Of a stretch of 64,000 nucleotides of DNA, positions 1 to 12,555 are shown piece by piece (positions within the stretch are counted from its first letter, which is position 1; every line of letters begins with the position of its first letter). The notes below the pieces were generated by a model. That model was given only the letters and a program-made list of their open reading frames with translations. It had not been told where the DNA came from and did not search any database. A program made the translations under genes and the position numbers. Source of the stretch: Lama guanicoe (lineage: Eukaryota); assembly GCA_013239625.1 (NCBI GenBank), contig MU053588.1, positions 3,004,799 through 3,068,798 on the forward strand, in the 5' to 3' direction.

Positions 1-325
1 AAAAACAAACAAACAAACAAACAAAAACAAAGCATTAATACAGGATAGAAATAGACTCATAGACAGAAAATACAGACTTGTGGTTGCCAGGGGGGTGGAG
101 GGTAGGAAGGGATAGACTGGGATTTCAAAATTGTAGAATAGATAAACAAGATTACACTGTATAGCACAGGGAAATATACACAAAATGTTATGATAACTCA
201 CAGAGAAAAAAATGTGACAATGAGTGTGTATATGTCCATGAATGACTGAAAAATTGTGCTGAACACTGGAATTTGACACAACATTGTAAAATGATTATAA
301 ATCAATAAAAAATTAAAAAAAAAGA
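1..325 (+). mobile_element. L1 3' end fragment (young, camelid-type 3' UTR) ending in an A-rich tail
   Basis: Same sequence family as 24628-24812, 38140-38512 and 40525-41227; AATAAA followed by an A run at ~304-325. Confidence 0.8.
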
Positions 326-329
326 AGAA

Positions 330-1765
330 ATTACAGTGGGCACTGCTGCCACAGAAGTGGGAAACCTCAATGCAGTGGGGGTAACTGGAACGAGAGGTAG
401 CAGGGCTAAGAAATGGCACTTAATCACCAAAGGCAAGGTGGGCCATAACGGACAGATCGTCAAAGCTGTGATCAGAACAGTGTGACTCTCAGAGAACAGT
501 GGCCCTGGCTAATTGATCACAGTGTTCCTAGAAATGAAAGAAGTAGGAAGTCTACCAAATTCTTACTTGATCCATACAAGGGGAAGAGTTCTAAGTCAAG
601 TGAACAAAAATCTTTTGATTCAAGGAGAAGAGTCAATGTCCCTCAGTCAATTCCCAGACTTGGGCCAGTATAAGGGCCCGGAATCCTTTGAATAAAGGGG
701 AGGCCAGGTCTCCTTGAGGAAGGACTGCATTATGCTACTGAACATTCTTACTGTTAATCTTTCTCCCAGACTTCCTCAAAGTGACCTTTTTTACCTTTTA
801 CCAGGGTGACTATGCATCAGGAAAAAAGACATAATTGGATTTTGGGGGACTGATGAACGCAAGCTCTGAACTGACACTAATTTCAGGAGACCCAAAATGT
901 CACAGTGGCCCACCAGGCAAAGTAGGGCAGAATGGATGTCAGACAAGCAATGGAGTTTTAGCTCCACTCCATCTCACAAGGGCCCAGTGGGTCCCTGAAC
1001 TCATTCTGTGGTTATTTCCCCAGTTCTGAAATGCATAACTGGAGTAGATATACTCAACAACTGGCCGAATTCCCACCTCGGTTCCCTGACCTGTGGAGTG
1101 AGGGCTATTTTGATGGGATAAACCAAATGGAAGCTGCTAGAATTGCTTCTACCTAGGAAAACAAATCAAAAGCTAATACCACATTCCTAGAGGGACTACA
1201 GAGATGAGTGCCATCAAGGACTTGAAGAATGCAGGGGTGGTGTGACATTGTGATTTATAATAAGAAATATACATATAGCCTTCACCCCCATTCGTGACAA
1301 AGAGCTCATTAAAACCCTTGAAATTTCCTAAATGCTAAGAGCTACAAAGGCATCTTTTGTTATGTTAATGAGGTCTCTACTGGACTGCACCTGAAGGTGA
1401 AAGCTGGTGGCTAGTGGAACCAAACATGTGATTAGAGAGTTAGAAATTTCAGTACCCCCACTCCAAACCCACCCCCATCTCTAGGGAGAGGAGATAGGAT
1501 GGAGACTGAATTCAATCACTCTAAGAGGCTGAATATGTTTAGAATCAGAGTCCACTATGTGGTGCTGTTTCTCTCATAGCCGGGATTCTCATGTCCAGGA
1601 ATCAAGGGGTGAAAATTGAAGTGATGTCACTCATTTACCTCTAATGATCCACTAGCAAAATTTATTACTTCCTGTTCTGTGAATTTATGCTCTGCTGGCC
1701 TAGAGGGCTTAGTTCCAAAAAGAGAAATGCTTCCACCAGAAGACACAAAAATGATTCCTCTGACA
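330..1765 (+). mobile_element. Degenerate ERVL-type internal sequence (gag/protease/pol remnant), interrupted by an LTR
   Basis: ORF 835-1029 GLMNASSELTLISGDPKCHSGPP resembles the ERVL protease region LLDTGSELTLIPGDPK; multiple stops and frameshifts. Confidence 0.7.
1241..1520 (+). mobile_element. MER21-like LTR fragment inside the ERVL remnant
   Basis: Starts TGTGACATTGTGATTTATAATAAG...AAAACCCTTGAAATTTCC, resembling the MER21 LTR 5' end (recalled). Confidence 0.55.
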
Positions 1766-3779
1766 CATCAGAGTTCCTAGCTCTCAAGCTGTCCAAAAGG
1801 TACAAAACCTGGAGAGCAACAATCTCAGCTTCAACCTCCTTCCCTCACAGGGATCAGGGGTTAGAAAAAATGGGAGAGACTGGTGAGGCCCAGAGACTGT
1901 GAGGGGGCAGCAATCACAGGGATAACTGCCTAGACTGGAAGCAGGTGAGGTCACTGGCTGAGGATGTCCACAGAGGCCCAGGGGGAAGGCAGTACAGGAA
2001 AGAAACCCCAGGAATGCAGAAGGCAAAAGCAGAGGGTCGCAGGCACTGTGGGAGTTCCACTCAGGCCCTGTGTGGAACTGTGTGTGAAGCCATCTCAGGC
2101 CCAGGGGCTTCTCCCTTCACAGCTGATATGGGCAGAGAGCACCAAAAACAACCCTGGATAAAAGTGGACTTAATCCTTGAGAGTTCAGCCATGACGCATA
2201 GGGCACACATGAAACATGAGGCCCAGGTCTTGGTGAACAAGAGGGAACCAGCTCCCATCTCACCTTACCCAGGAACACTGAGGTATAGCCCTGTGTGTCC
2301 CAGAATCAGACTTTCTGTTCTGGACACCAGGCCCTGGGAGCGAGAGGGGAAGTTGATTGTCCATCTTCTCCCTCTGCTTCCCTGACACAGACCTTCCCCT
2401 CCAGACCTGTCCGGTGCCCTGCTCCTCCCTCTTCTCCCCATAAACCCACCACCCACCGCTCCAGTCACATACAACACTGCCACCCAGGGTCACACATAGT
2501 GTAACTTACTAGAGACAAACACAAACTAGTATACATTCCTGGAAGTCTGAGTTTGGTGACATCATATTAAGGAAGGGGGTTGGAGTTCTTGGAGTAACAG
2601 AGACTGTGACTCACAGAGCTGGAACATGATGGAGCATTAACATGATAGGGGAGGTAAAATGTCTACAGATTGATGTTGAATAAACATACAGAGCTGCTTG
2701 GCATGGTGATTGCTGCACTTCCCTCCTTGTCCACCAGAGAGCGGCAGAGTTACTCCACAGCCTGGAGCCTCTCCATGGGCTGCAGACCTCCCCCAGCCCA
2801 GCCGAATCTGACCCTCACCAGTGTCATCTTAGTCCATAGCCCTCCTCACTTTCTAAGTTCTCCAGACTGGACTGTCAGGTCCTCTATCCAGCCAGGCGTC
2901 AGCCCACTTCACACCGTTAGGAATTACTATTCCCTCAGGTCCTGAGTGTGTGGAAGCTATGGCCACACTAGACTCCCATGGAGATAGAAGGAGGGTCCTT
3001 CTCACAAGGCATCACTCACCTTGCCCCCTTTCCAGCACTTCAATCCTCTTCTGGAGTCTTCTAACAGGAACAGAACACAACCTCCCCAGAACATTTAAGA
3101 ACACTGGGATGTCCGCATGTGCCCAGCTGAGGTTCTGTGTCACAAAGGGAAATAATATCTTTGTTTGGGGACCTCTAAGTCTCTGTGTGGGGCAGGCCAG
3201 AAAACAGCAGAAGCCAATGCTGGGATACTTGGGTCGGCCTCTCAGGGGACAGGAGCCCCTCTCAGCCTCGCTAGTATAAGTGTGTTCCACAGCCCAGTAG
3301 GATCAGCACCAACTGCAAGACTGTTAGATACAGACTCTTGGGTCCACTCCACACCTGCTGAACCAGATTCTGTATTTTAACAGGATCTTTAGACCCTCTG
3401 TGTGCAGAGGAGAGTGAAAGAGGCCTCAGCCCATATTACAGGGTCTCAGCCTGGCTGGGCATACACATTACCTGGGCAGCTACTGAAACAGCATTTCTAA
3501 GGTGTCACCTGGGCATTTACACTCCTTATAAAGTTCCAGAGTGATTCCAATGCACAGTGTGGGTGATATCCTGTGATAAGTGCTCCTGATGTAGCCCCAG
3601 GGCTCCTTCTCAGAACGGAAAAGCCAGAAGGAGAAGAGGGGACTGTGGCAGGGAGGCTGATGGTGCACCACAACTGGAAACTGTGGGAAATGCCCAGGAC
3701 ACTGAACCCCAGGACTGTGCTCCCCCAACCAATGGCAAATTGTCTGTATGTGTGTGTGTGTTTCTAGGGTGAGAAGTCA

Positions 3780-4073
3780 AGCTGAGAAAGGCAGAAACAG
3801 CAGTGGTTCAAAGGGAATGAAACATAAACAGCAAGGGACAAGAAAAGAAGGGACAAGGGAGGCAGGACTGAGAGGGGAGGGAGAGGGAGTGTCCTGGGCA
3901 CAGACCCCGCCCCCAGCCCACATAACCCATGATGTGCTCCTGCCCTAGGAGGAGGCCCAGCACAGAAGAGGGGAAGGACAGCAGAGCTCACACATCAGAC
4001 AGCAGTGCTTGTGGCCGTTTCTGGAGTGGAAACTCTTCTCACAGAGGCAGGGATGAAGCAGACTGAAGACACC
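3780..4073 (+). promoter_or_regulatory. CEACAM1 proximal promoter and 5' UTR, TATA-less with a GC box
   Basis: GC box CCCCGCCCCC at 3905-3914, purine-rich, no TATA box, directly upstream of the leader exon. Confidence 0.6.
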
Positions 4074-4137
4074 ATGGAGCCCTCCTCAGCCCCTGCCCAC
4101 AGAGGGCATGTCCTCTGGCAGAGGGTCCTGCTGGCAG
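4074..4137 (+). CDS. CEACAM1: CEACAM1 exon 1 (leader), MEPSSAPAHRGHVLWQRVLLA
   Basis: Kozak context ACCATGG; 64 coding nt; phase-1 donor G|GTGAGA; typical CEACAM leader peptide. Confidence 0.93.
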
Positions 4138-4928
4138 GTGAGAGGGGACAATTTTCAGGGAGTGGGCAGAGATGGGAGAACAGAGTCTGGCTGGGGTCTC
4201 CTGGGAAGACAGGGCTCTGAGAGGGGACAGAGGGCTTCTGTTTGGATCTCAGGGGAGCAGGGTAGGATGGAGGGAGGGAGCTCAGCAACAGGAAAATCTC
4301 GATGAACTAAAATTGGTAGAGGGCAGGAAAACCTAAATTACTGTATGTTTTACAAGTTACTGAGCTTCATCACTGAGCAATGATTTTTGAAAACTGATGA
4401 CAATAACAGTTTATATCAGGAGGTCACACTCCAGGGAAAAACAAAACCAGGAAACTAAACATTGTCCTTACTTACCACCCTTAGAAATTGACAAATAAAC
4501 ACCAGGATGTGGAGGGTCCCAGGAAAACGCATTCATTCATCCACAGGTGTTGCAGTTTGTTCCAGGCACTGGGTTACAACCAAGATCAGACAAGTCCCTG
4601 CCCAAAGATCTCACGTTCTGTGAGAAGGGAGACAGACAAGCAAAGAGATCTAGAATGTGCTGTCAGGTGCTGACAAGTGTCATGAAGGAAACAGAGCAGG
4701 GGAAGGTCAGAAAGTGAAGGCAGAGGGTCTTTAGAGCAGGTGGTCAGGGAGGACATCTCCTAACCCCCTCCCTGAGGGTGAGCAGGCGTGTGAGAGCAAA
4801 GAGGAAGTGAGCCAAGCAGGCACCTGGGGAAACAGAGAAAATAACAAGATCAGAGCGGCTGAAGTAATGGGGGTCACACTGCTGAACTTGAACCAGTAGG
4901 AGACACACACACACACACACACACTATA

Positions 4929-7900
4929 TTTTTATTTTTATTTTTACTTTATTAATAGACTTTCTTTTTTTAGAGCAGTTTCAGGTTCACAGCAGAATTG
5001 AGCAGAAAATACAGAGGGTTCACACACAGCCCTCCCCCCACCACATATATACTCCCCTACCCTCAACATCCCTCATCAGTGTGACATATTTGGTACAATT
5101 GATGAACCACAGAGACACATTATTATCAACCAAAGTCTACAGTTTACATTAGGGTTCACTCTTGATGTTGTACATTCTATGGGTTTTGAGAAATGCATAA
5201 TGACATGTAGCCACCACTATGGTATCATACAGAGTAATTTCATTGCCCTAAAAATCCCTTGTGCTCCATCTATTCATTCCTCCCTCCCTCCCTCTCCCCA
5301 AACCCCTGGAAATCATGATCTTTTTATTGTTTCTATAGCTGTGCCTTTTCCAGAATGTCATTAGGTTGGAATCGTACAGTTTGTAGCCTTTTCAGACTGG
5401 CTTCTTTCATTTAGTAATATGTCTTTTATGTTTCTTACATGTCTTTCATGGCTTGATAGTTAATTTCTTTTTTTTTTTTTACCTTACATATATTTTTTCA
5501 TTTACATCTATATACTATTTATTGTTTCTATGCNNNNNNNNNNNNNNNNNNNNNNNNNNNNNNNNNNNNNNNNNNNNNNNNNNNNNNNNNNNNNNNNNNN
5601 NNNNNNNNNNNNNNNNNNNNNNNNNNNNNNNNNNNNNNNNNNNNNNNNNNNNNNNNNNNNNNNNNNNNNNNNNNNNNNNNNNNNNCTAAGTGCACTAGTT
5701 GAACAGACAATGAAGATGCAGCATACATATATATATGATGGAATACAGCTCACCCATAAGAAAGAAAGATATTTTGCCCTTTGCGGCCCTTCATTTACTT
5801 TTTTTTTTTCACTTCAAAAACCAGAATTTTATAACCAGTATAATCATTTCCATTACATCAAAAACAACAAAATAACTAGAACTTAACCAAGGAGGTTACC
5901 TATACTCTGAAAACCAAAATGACACACAGAAATGGAAAGATTTCTTATGCTCTTGGGTTGGAAGAATCAGTATTATCAAAATGGCCACACTACCCAAAGC
6001 AATCCACAGATCCAATGCAACCCCTGTCAAAATACTTAAGACATTCCTCACAGAACTAGAACAAACAATTCCAAAATTTATAAGGAACCACAAAAGACCC
6101 TGAACAGCCAAAGCAATCTTTTGTAGGTCTTTTTTTGCTCCCTTTCTTCTTTTTGTTCTCTTTTCTCATGGTTTGATGACTAGAGAAGGTTCTTTAACAT
6201 TTGTTGTAAAGCTGGTTTGGTGGTGCTGGAATCTTTTAGCTTTTGTTTATCTGTGAAGCTTTTGATTTCTCCCTCAAGTCTGAACGAGAGCCTTGCTGGA
6301 TAGAGTATTCTTGGTTGTAAGTTTTCCTCTTTTATCACTTTAAATATAGCATGCCACTCCCTTCTGGCCTGTAGAGTTTCTGCTGAAAAATCAGCTGATA
6401 ACTTTATGGGAATTCCCTTGTATGTTATTTGTTGCTTTTCTCTTGCTAATTTTAATATTTTCTCCTTATTCTTAATTTTTGTCAATTTGATGACTATGTG
6501 CCTTGGTGTGTTCCTCTTTGGGTTGACCCTGTGTGGTACTCTCTGTGCTTCCTGGACTTGGGTGACTGTTTCCTTTCCCAAGTTGGGGAAGTCCTCAGTG
6601 ATCATCCCTCCAAAAACTGTCTCAGGTCCTTTCTCTCTCTCTTCTCTTTCTGTGACCCCCTATAATGTGAATATTAGTGTGCTTCATGTTGTCCCAGAGT
6701 TCTCTTAAACTATCCTCATTTCTTTTCATTCTTTTTTCTTTTTTCTGTTCTGCAGTAGTGATTTCCACTAATCTGTCTTCTAGATCACTGATCTGTTCTT
6801 TTGCCTCATTTAGTCTATTCTTGGTTCCTTCCAGTGTATTATTCAATTCAGTGATTTTATTCTTCAACTCTGTTTGGGTATTCTTTATATTTTCCAACTC
6901 TTTGCTAAAAACTTCACTCTATGCATCTATACTCCTCTTGAGTTCTCTGAACATCTTTGCCATCATTACTTTAAACTCTTTCTCAGATAAATTGCCTATC
7001 TCCTCATCACTTATTTCTTCTTCTGGGATTTCATCCTGCGCCTTGGCCTGGGAGATATTCCTTTGCCACCTCATATTGTCTATCTTTCTATGTGTTTGTG
7101 GATTCCTTCCACAGGCTTTGGGATTGTTGTTTTCTTATTTCTAGTATCTGCTCCTGGTGGATGAGGCTGGACTAAAGGCTTATGCAGGTTTCCTGGCAGG
7201 CAGAGCCAGTGCCTGTGCACTGCTGGCTGAAGCTTGGTCCTGGACCTCTGGTGGGTAGGGCAGTGTCTAGAGGTCTTTGTGGCTCAGGAAGTCGGCTGAT
7301 GGGGGTGGCTGTGTTCCCAGCCTGTATGTTGTTTGGCCTGAGGCTTCCCTACAGGCTGTTGGGAGGGGCTAGGTCTTGGTGCTAATGATCCAATCAAAAT
7401 GCTATCCTCCAGGAAAGCTCTTGTAGATGAACATTCTCAGAATGCCCGCCACCAGCTTTTATGTCCCCTGGATGAGCCACAGCTGTCCCCCATGTCCCCA
7501 GGAGACCCTCCAAATCCAGCAGGCAGGCCTGGCCCAGGTTCCTATGAAATCACTGCCTCTGCCCTTGGACCTGGCACACGTGAGTTTCCATGTAGGCTTC
7601 CCAAGCAAATGGAGTCTCCATTTCCTCCAGTCCCGTGGAGCTCCCAGAGCCAAGCCCTGCTGGCCTTCAAAACCAGATGTCCTGAGGTCTCTTTCTCTTC
7701 CAAATGCCAGAACCTGGGCTGGGGACACTGACATGGGGCTGAGAGCTCTCACTTCTGTGGGAGGGCCTCTGCGACTTAACTATTCTTTAGCTTGTGGGTC
7801 ACCCACCCGGGGGGTATGAGGCCCAATTATAATCGCAAGCACGCCCCTCCTACAGTCCTGCTGTGGTTCCCTCTGAATGTTTCCAGTTGCAGAAGATCTT

Positions 7901-8020
7901 TTTTGCTAGGTTCTAGTATTTTTTTTGATTATTGTTTGGCATTCAGTTGTGGTTTCATTGTAGTCGTGAGGAGAGGCAAGCTCATGGTCCTCCTACCACT
8001 CAGCCATATTGACCAGAAAT
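4929..8020 (-). mobile_element. Composite antisense L1 insertion in intron 1: 3' end, assembly gap, inverted ORF2 fragment, ORF1 and 5' UTR
   Basis: Minus-strand ORFs 6180-6605 and 6622-6897 encode L1 ORF1p (RHIVIKLTK, YPARLSF). T-rich tail at 4929. 16-bp direct repeats ACACACACACACTATA at 4913-4928 and 8021-8036. Confidence 0.8.
5534..5685. other. Assembly gap (152 N)
   Basis: Run of N characters. Confidence 1.
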
Positions 8021-8150
8021 ACACACACACACTATAAAAACACAGACCAAGGCTGAGGGATGAAGAGACCTGCTCTGGAACCAGGGCCTCTTTTTTCCAT
8101 CCCAAAATATAGGTGAGATTCTGAATTACTTTCTCTCCCTTCCCTTCTAG

Positions 8151-8510
8151 TCTCACTCTTAACCTTCTGGAACCTGCCCACCACTACCCAACTCACTATT
8201 GAATCAGTGCCCGTCAACGCTGCAGAAGGGACGGATGTTCTTCTACTTGTCTACAATGTGACAGAGAATATTCTAGGCTATGGCTGGTTCAGAGGAGAAA
8301 AAGTAGAAAACAGCCAACAAATTGCATCATATGTAGTAAGCTCTCAACTAAATGTACCAGGGCCTGCATACAGTGGCCGAGAGACGATATACGCCAATGG
8401 GTCTCTGCTGTTCCAGAATGTCTTTCAGAACGACACAGGATACTACACTTTACTTGTTACAACGGATAACTTAAGTTCTGAAGCAGCACCTGGACAACTC
8501 CAAGTATTCC
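8151..8510 (+). CDS. CEACAM1: CEACAM1 exon 2: end of signal peptide plus IgV-like N domain
   Basis: 360 nt between TTCTAG| and |GTGAGT, open frame: VSLLTFWNLPTTT/QLTIESVP...GPAYSGRETIYANGSLLFQNV..NDTGYYTL. No cysteines; R64 and D82 retained. Confidence 0.97.
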
Positions 8511-9901
8511 GTGAGTGATTCCTCTCTGACCTCTGGGTGCAGGGTGGTGTGATGTCACACAGGACAGACAGGCCTGGACTGTGGCTCCATCCCCCTCTGC
8601 ATTACTCCCATGTTGGGGTTTTGGGCATTTAACGTAGGACACACACAGTGGAGACAAATTTCAAAGTATTAGAATTCTTTCACGGAATCTGGACCCTACA
8701 GAAACCCTGTGCAGAAAGAAGGACCAATCTGATAGAGGAACTTAGCAGATGGAGATCAGTCTCAGTCCTGGACCCTTCACTGTGACCATGGTCCTGAGAA
8801 AGACTCTGTAGAACTCAGTCAGGACCTGGCCTGAGGACCCCCTGGGATCCTCACAGAGAAGATCAACCCCAGGAAGCCCCTCCCCAGGCCCTGGCCCAGG
8901 ACTCCTGACTCCAAAGACCCTCGAGCACCTGTGTCACTGTTGGGTTTTGGCCTCTTGGGAAGTGCTAATTGGGAGCAATGATTTCCCAGCTGCCTCAGTC
9001 ACCAGGCATCTGAGCTGGGGCTCAACCCCAAGAGACACATCTGAGCAGAGGTGGACCCTGGTCCTTCACCTGAGACTCAGCATGGAAAGCAAGATGGGCT
9101 AGGTCCCCAGGCAATTAGCCAACCACCTTGAGGACTGAGGAGACTCCAGAGGAAGGTCAGCATCCCAGGGAGGAACAGAGGAGAGAAGATGCTCCTAGCA
9201 GCTCCTCACCCACCAGGGTGCAGCCCAGGGAGCCCTCTCCTATGGATGCAAACAATGGTAGATGCAGTTTTTTTGGTCAGCTCCTCTATGCCCAACTTAT
9301 GTCAGTTAATTATGAATTATTTAAAGTTAACATATAGACAACATGGCAAGGCTGAGACCATTTACCATTTATCCTATTCTACAGGCAAGAAACTGAGTTA
9401 CAGGGGGATACAGTCACTGAATCAGAGTCACACAGACATGACTAGCCAATCAAAGTCATGCCTAGATCACAGCCCCAGCCTCTCCTCGACCCCAGGGACC
9501 TTACTGAACATCTATGGACCCAGCAGCCAGCTGTTGGTCCAGATCATTTCTTCCTGGGCTTCCCCAGCTCAGAAGGAGATGCTGGTGTGGAAAGTGAAAG
9601 GAAATGGAAAATTAATTACTTGTATCAACATCAGAGTCAGTGACAAGGAAGTCCAGGCCTGCCCCCATCAGGCAGCTAATGCACAGGCTCCTTGCCCTGG
9701 ATTAGAAATCAAGTGTTTATTTCCTAATGTGCTGGGTGTCATTCTCACTGGAGTAAAATGGAAAGGACTTAGCTTCCTCAATCCCCAGTCTACACCTGCA
9801 ACCAGCACAAGGCCCAGCAGGTTACAAACTCTCAATCTCTTTGTGATGAAGGAAGGGTGGAATAAATAAGAATGAATGAATGATCTATAATCTCTTCAGA
9901 C

Positions 9902-10156
9902 ACTGGAATCTGCACGCAGAGTCCTAGGAGGTTTTGGCCACACCTGTTCCTGTCTCTCCAGGGATGGGACCCATATTCCATCCTCTGACCACCTACCCTT
10001 AAAGCAGGATGGGAGCCAAGTCTCACGAAACTGGAATCTGCAGGCAGAGTCCTAGGAGGTTTTGGCCACACCTGTTCCTGTCTCTCCAGGGATGGGACCC
10101 ATATTCCATCCTCTGACCACCTACCCTTAAAGCAGGATGGGAGCCAAGTCTCACGA
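9902..10156. repeat. Tandem duplication, 128-bp period, two copies
   Basis: 9902-10028 matches 10030-10156 with one mismatch (9915 C vs 10043 G). Confidence 0.95.
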
Positions 10157-12276
10157 TGACTGTGAGGCTGCTTGGCCATGGGAGGGTTGCCAGGGTGACA
10201 TGGGTCCTGCTTTAGGCAGCTGTGGGACTCTTGGATCTTTGAATCTGTGAAATCACTTGTAACCTCCACTTTGAAGTCACTCGTAAATGGACATTTCTCA
10301 CTCTCTCCGCTCCTTCCGTGTCTCTCATCTTCTTCCTCCTTCATTCCAGCTGGGACTGGTTCTGCTCAGAAAAGAGCCCCCACCCTTAAGCCCTCCACAA
10401 ATACTCCCGCGAACGGCTGACTGCCCTGCTCCCGTCCTGCTAACGCCTGTGGCCAGGCCCACTCTCCCGGGCAATAGGAAAGGACACAGAAATCAGTGGG
10501 AGCAGCAGCCTCTGTGAGGCTCCAGCCTGAGCCAGTTTCCCCAGGTCACCAGGAGAGTGAACTTCTGCTTTGCCCTGGTCCAGGGCTCTTTCCCTCCATG
10601 ACACCAACAAGTGGGGCATGTCACTTGAGAGTGATATGCCACCCCTCCACCTACTCTCTACATGACTCAACCAGGGAGTCAAAGGCAGAAGGACAGGTCT
10701 GCAGTGGCTCACAGGCTCACTTCACCTCTTTGACTCACATCCTCACCCTGGTGTGAGGCTCCCATTCCTCCCAGTGGTTCTCGAGACTTCCTGGGGGGCA
10801 GGGAGGGGAGGTGGCTGACGGACGCTGTGCCTATTCCATTGTCTGTGTGTCCTCGTGATGGCACCTTTATCATAGGAAGGGATGCTCTCTGATAATGAGA
10901 TGCTTGAGCCACTGTCGTTTAACTCACCCTCTGCCCAATTCGGACAAGTTTGATCAAACTCTAGTTTCTTGAGGCAAAAAGAAAAGAAAGCATGCCACAT
11001 GCCTTTGTTGCTCTCCTCCCCATTTACGTGATTGTAAATTGGTGACAACGACCTCTTCTCCTAAATTTATTAACATAATACACATCATTTCCAGTAATTT
11101 AGATCATTCCTTCCTTTATAAAACAGAGACTCAAACTTCTCACGATCAATTCTGCCCTTTAATGGGACTCACGTATCTCTACCCAGGTAGTTCCTGATCA
11201 AACCACTTTAGCATCTTCCTTTGATCATAATGTGATCCTGACTGGACTGCAGAACTTGGTCTAAGACCTTACAGAGGTATTCCTCAGAAACAGGTCTTAG
11301 ATCTTTGGGGCATTAATAATGATTTTCACATATTCTTTCAGAATTTAACTTCCACTCAGATTTCTACCTCATAATTGCCAAAAACAGGTGGTCATTGAGG
11401 CCCAAACTTTCTGCAAGTTCATGGTCCCTCACTTTCCACAACTCACCCTGTCTGTATTTGCTACTGTCTAAGAGTATTCAGGAAAGATTGACACGGTCCT
11501 TACCTGCCCTCAATAATGGGAGAAGAGACATTAAAGACCAAGGTTAGAGATTCTGGTTCTGCTGCCAAAGACAGTCAGCTCCTGCCTGTCCCTCTCCCTC
11601 TTTTCTAATCATTAACTGGACTTGTCTACCCTTTATGGGCTCACTGTCTCATCAGTCATCTTTAACACCTGGACAGAACTGCCCCACCTCATGGCCCTGC
11701 AGACTGAATACTGAACTGAACGCCAGGCTTGCTTCTGGTCTTCCTGTGTATTATTTCTGCTAAAACACCCAGTTCCAAACAACCATGCTGCTTGGTCCTC
11801 TCAAGGTTTAAGGACCATGAGATGATCCATCATTACCCATCTCCAGGGTATCTTGGAAATCGAGGCCTCAGTGAAAACACATCTCCACCAGGCAGTGTAG
11901 GTCTGTGCAGCTTGAAGGGACACAGAACCCACATGTTCCAGGTGAGCACCCCAAGGTCAGTCAGGCAGTCACCAAGTCAGTGAAAAACCAGGAGAGGAAA
12001 CAGTGACCTCGACCCCCAGGCTTATGTTATGGCTATGAAACTCTGATACTTAATTGACACTTGAGGAAGCCTGTGCTTCCTCCCAGACATAGAGCAGGTG
12101 GCTGCATGTTCAGTGAGCTCAGAGTTTCATGCATTTGTCTTGTGATACACAGACCTGCCTTATTCTTTACGGACTCAGCTTGGCTTAGAGGTTAAGAAAT
12201 GATGACTCTGATTGAAGATGCTTTTGGAGAAATCAAAGGTATAAAAGAGGCAATGTTCTCTCTGTTGTCTTCACAG

Positions 12277-12555
12277 CGAAGTTACCCACACCCATCATCA
12301 CCAGCAACAACTCGAACCCCCTGGAGCACCAGGACACGGTAGTGTTAACATGTGAACCTGAGACTCAGAACACCACCTACACGTGGTGGATCAACAATCA
12401 GAGCCTCCCTGACAGCGCCAGGCTGGAACTGTCCAAGGACAACAGGACTCTCACTTTACTCCATGTCACAAGGAATGACACTGGACCTTATGTGTGTGAA
12501 ACCCAGAACCCAGTGAGTGCCGGCCACAGTGACCCATTCACCCTGAACGTCCTCT
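12277..12555 (+). CDS. CEACAM1: CEACAM1 exon 3: IgC-like A1 domain
   Basis: 279 nt between TCACAG| and |GTGAGT, phase 1/1; KLPTPIITSNNSNP...LTCEP...WWIN...GPYVCETQNPVS with both cysteines. Confidence 0.97.

Noticed and set aside
3810..3825. Interferon-response element in the promoter (GGGAATGAAAC)
   Set aside because: Only a partial match to GAAANNGAAA; not supportable without alignment.
5453..5886. ORFs spanning X residues
   Set aside because: Artefacts of the N gap; flanking bases look low quality.
9189..9869. Longest ORF in the window (226 aa)
   Set aside because: Lies inside CEACAM1 intron 2, overlaps MIR-like sequence and has no recognisable domain; likely chance.
9902..10156. CRISPR-like or other repeat-spacer array
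   Set aside because: Only two abutting copies with no spacers, in mammalian DNA.
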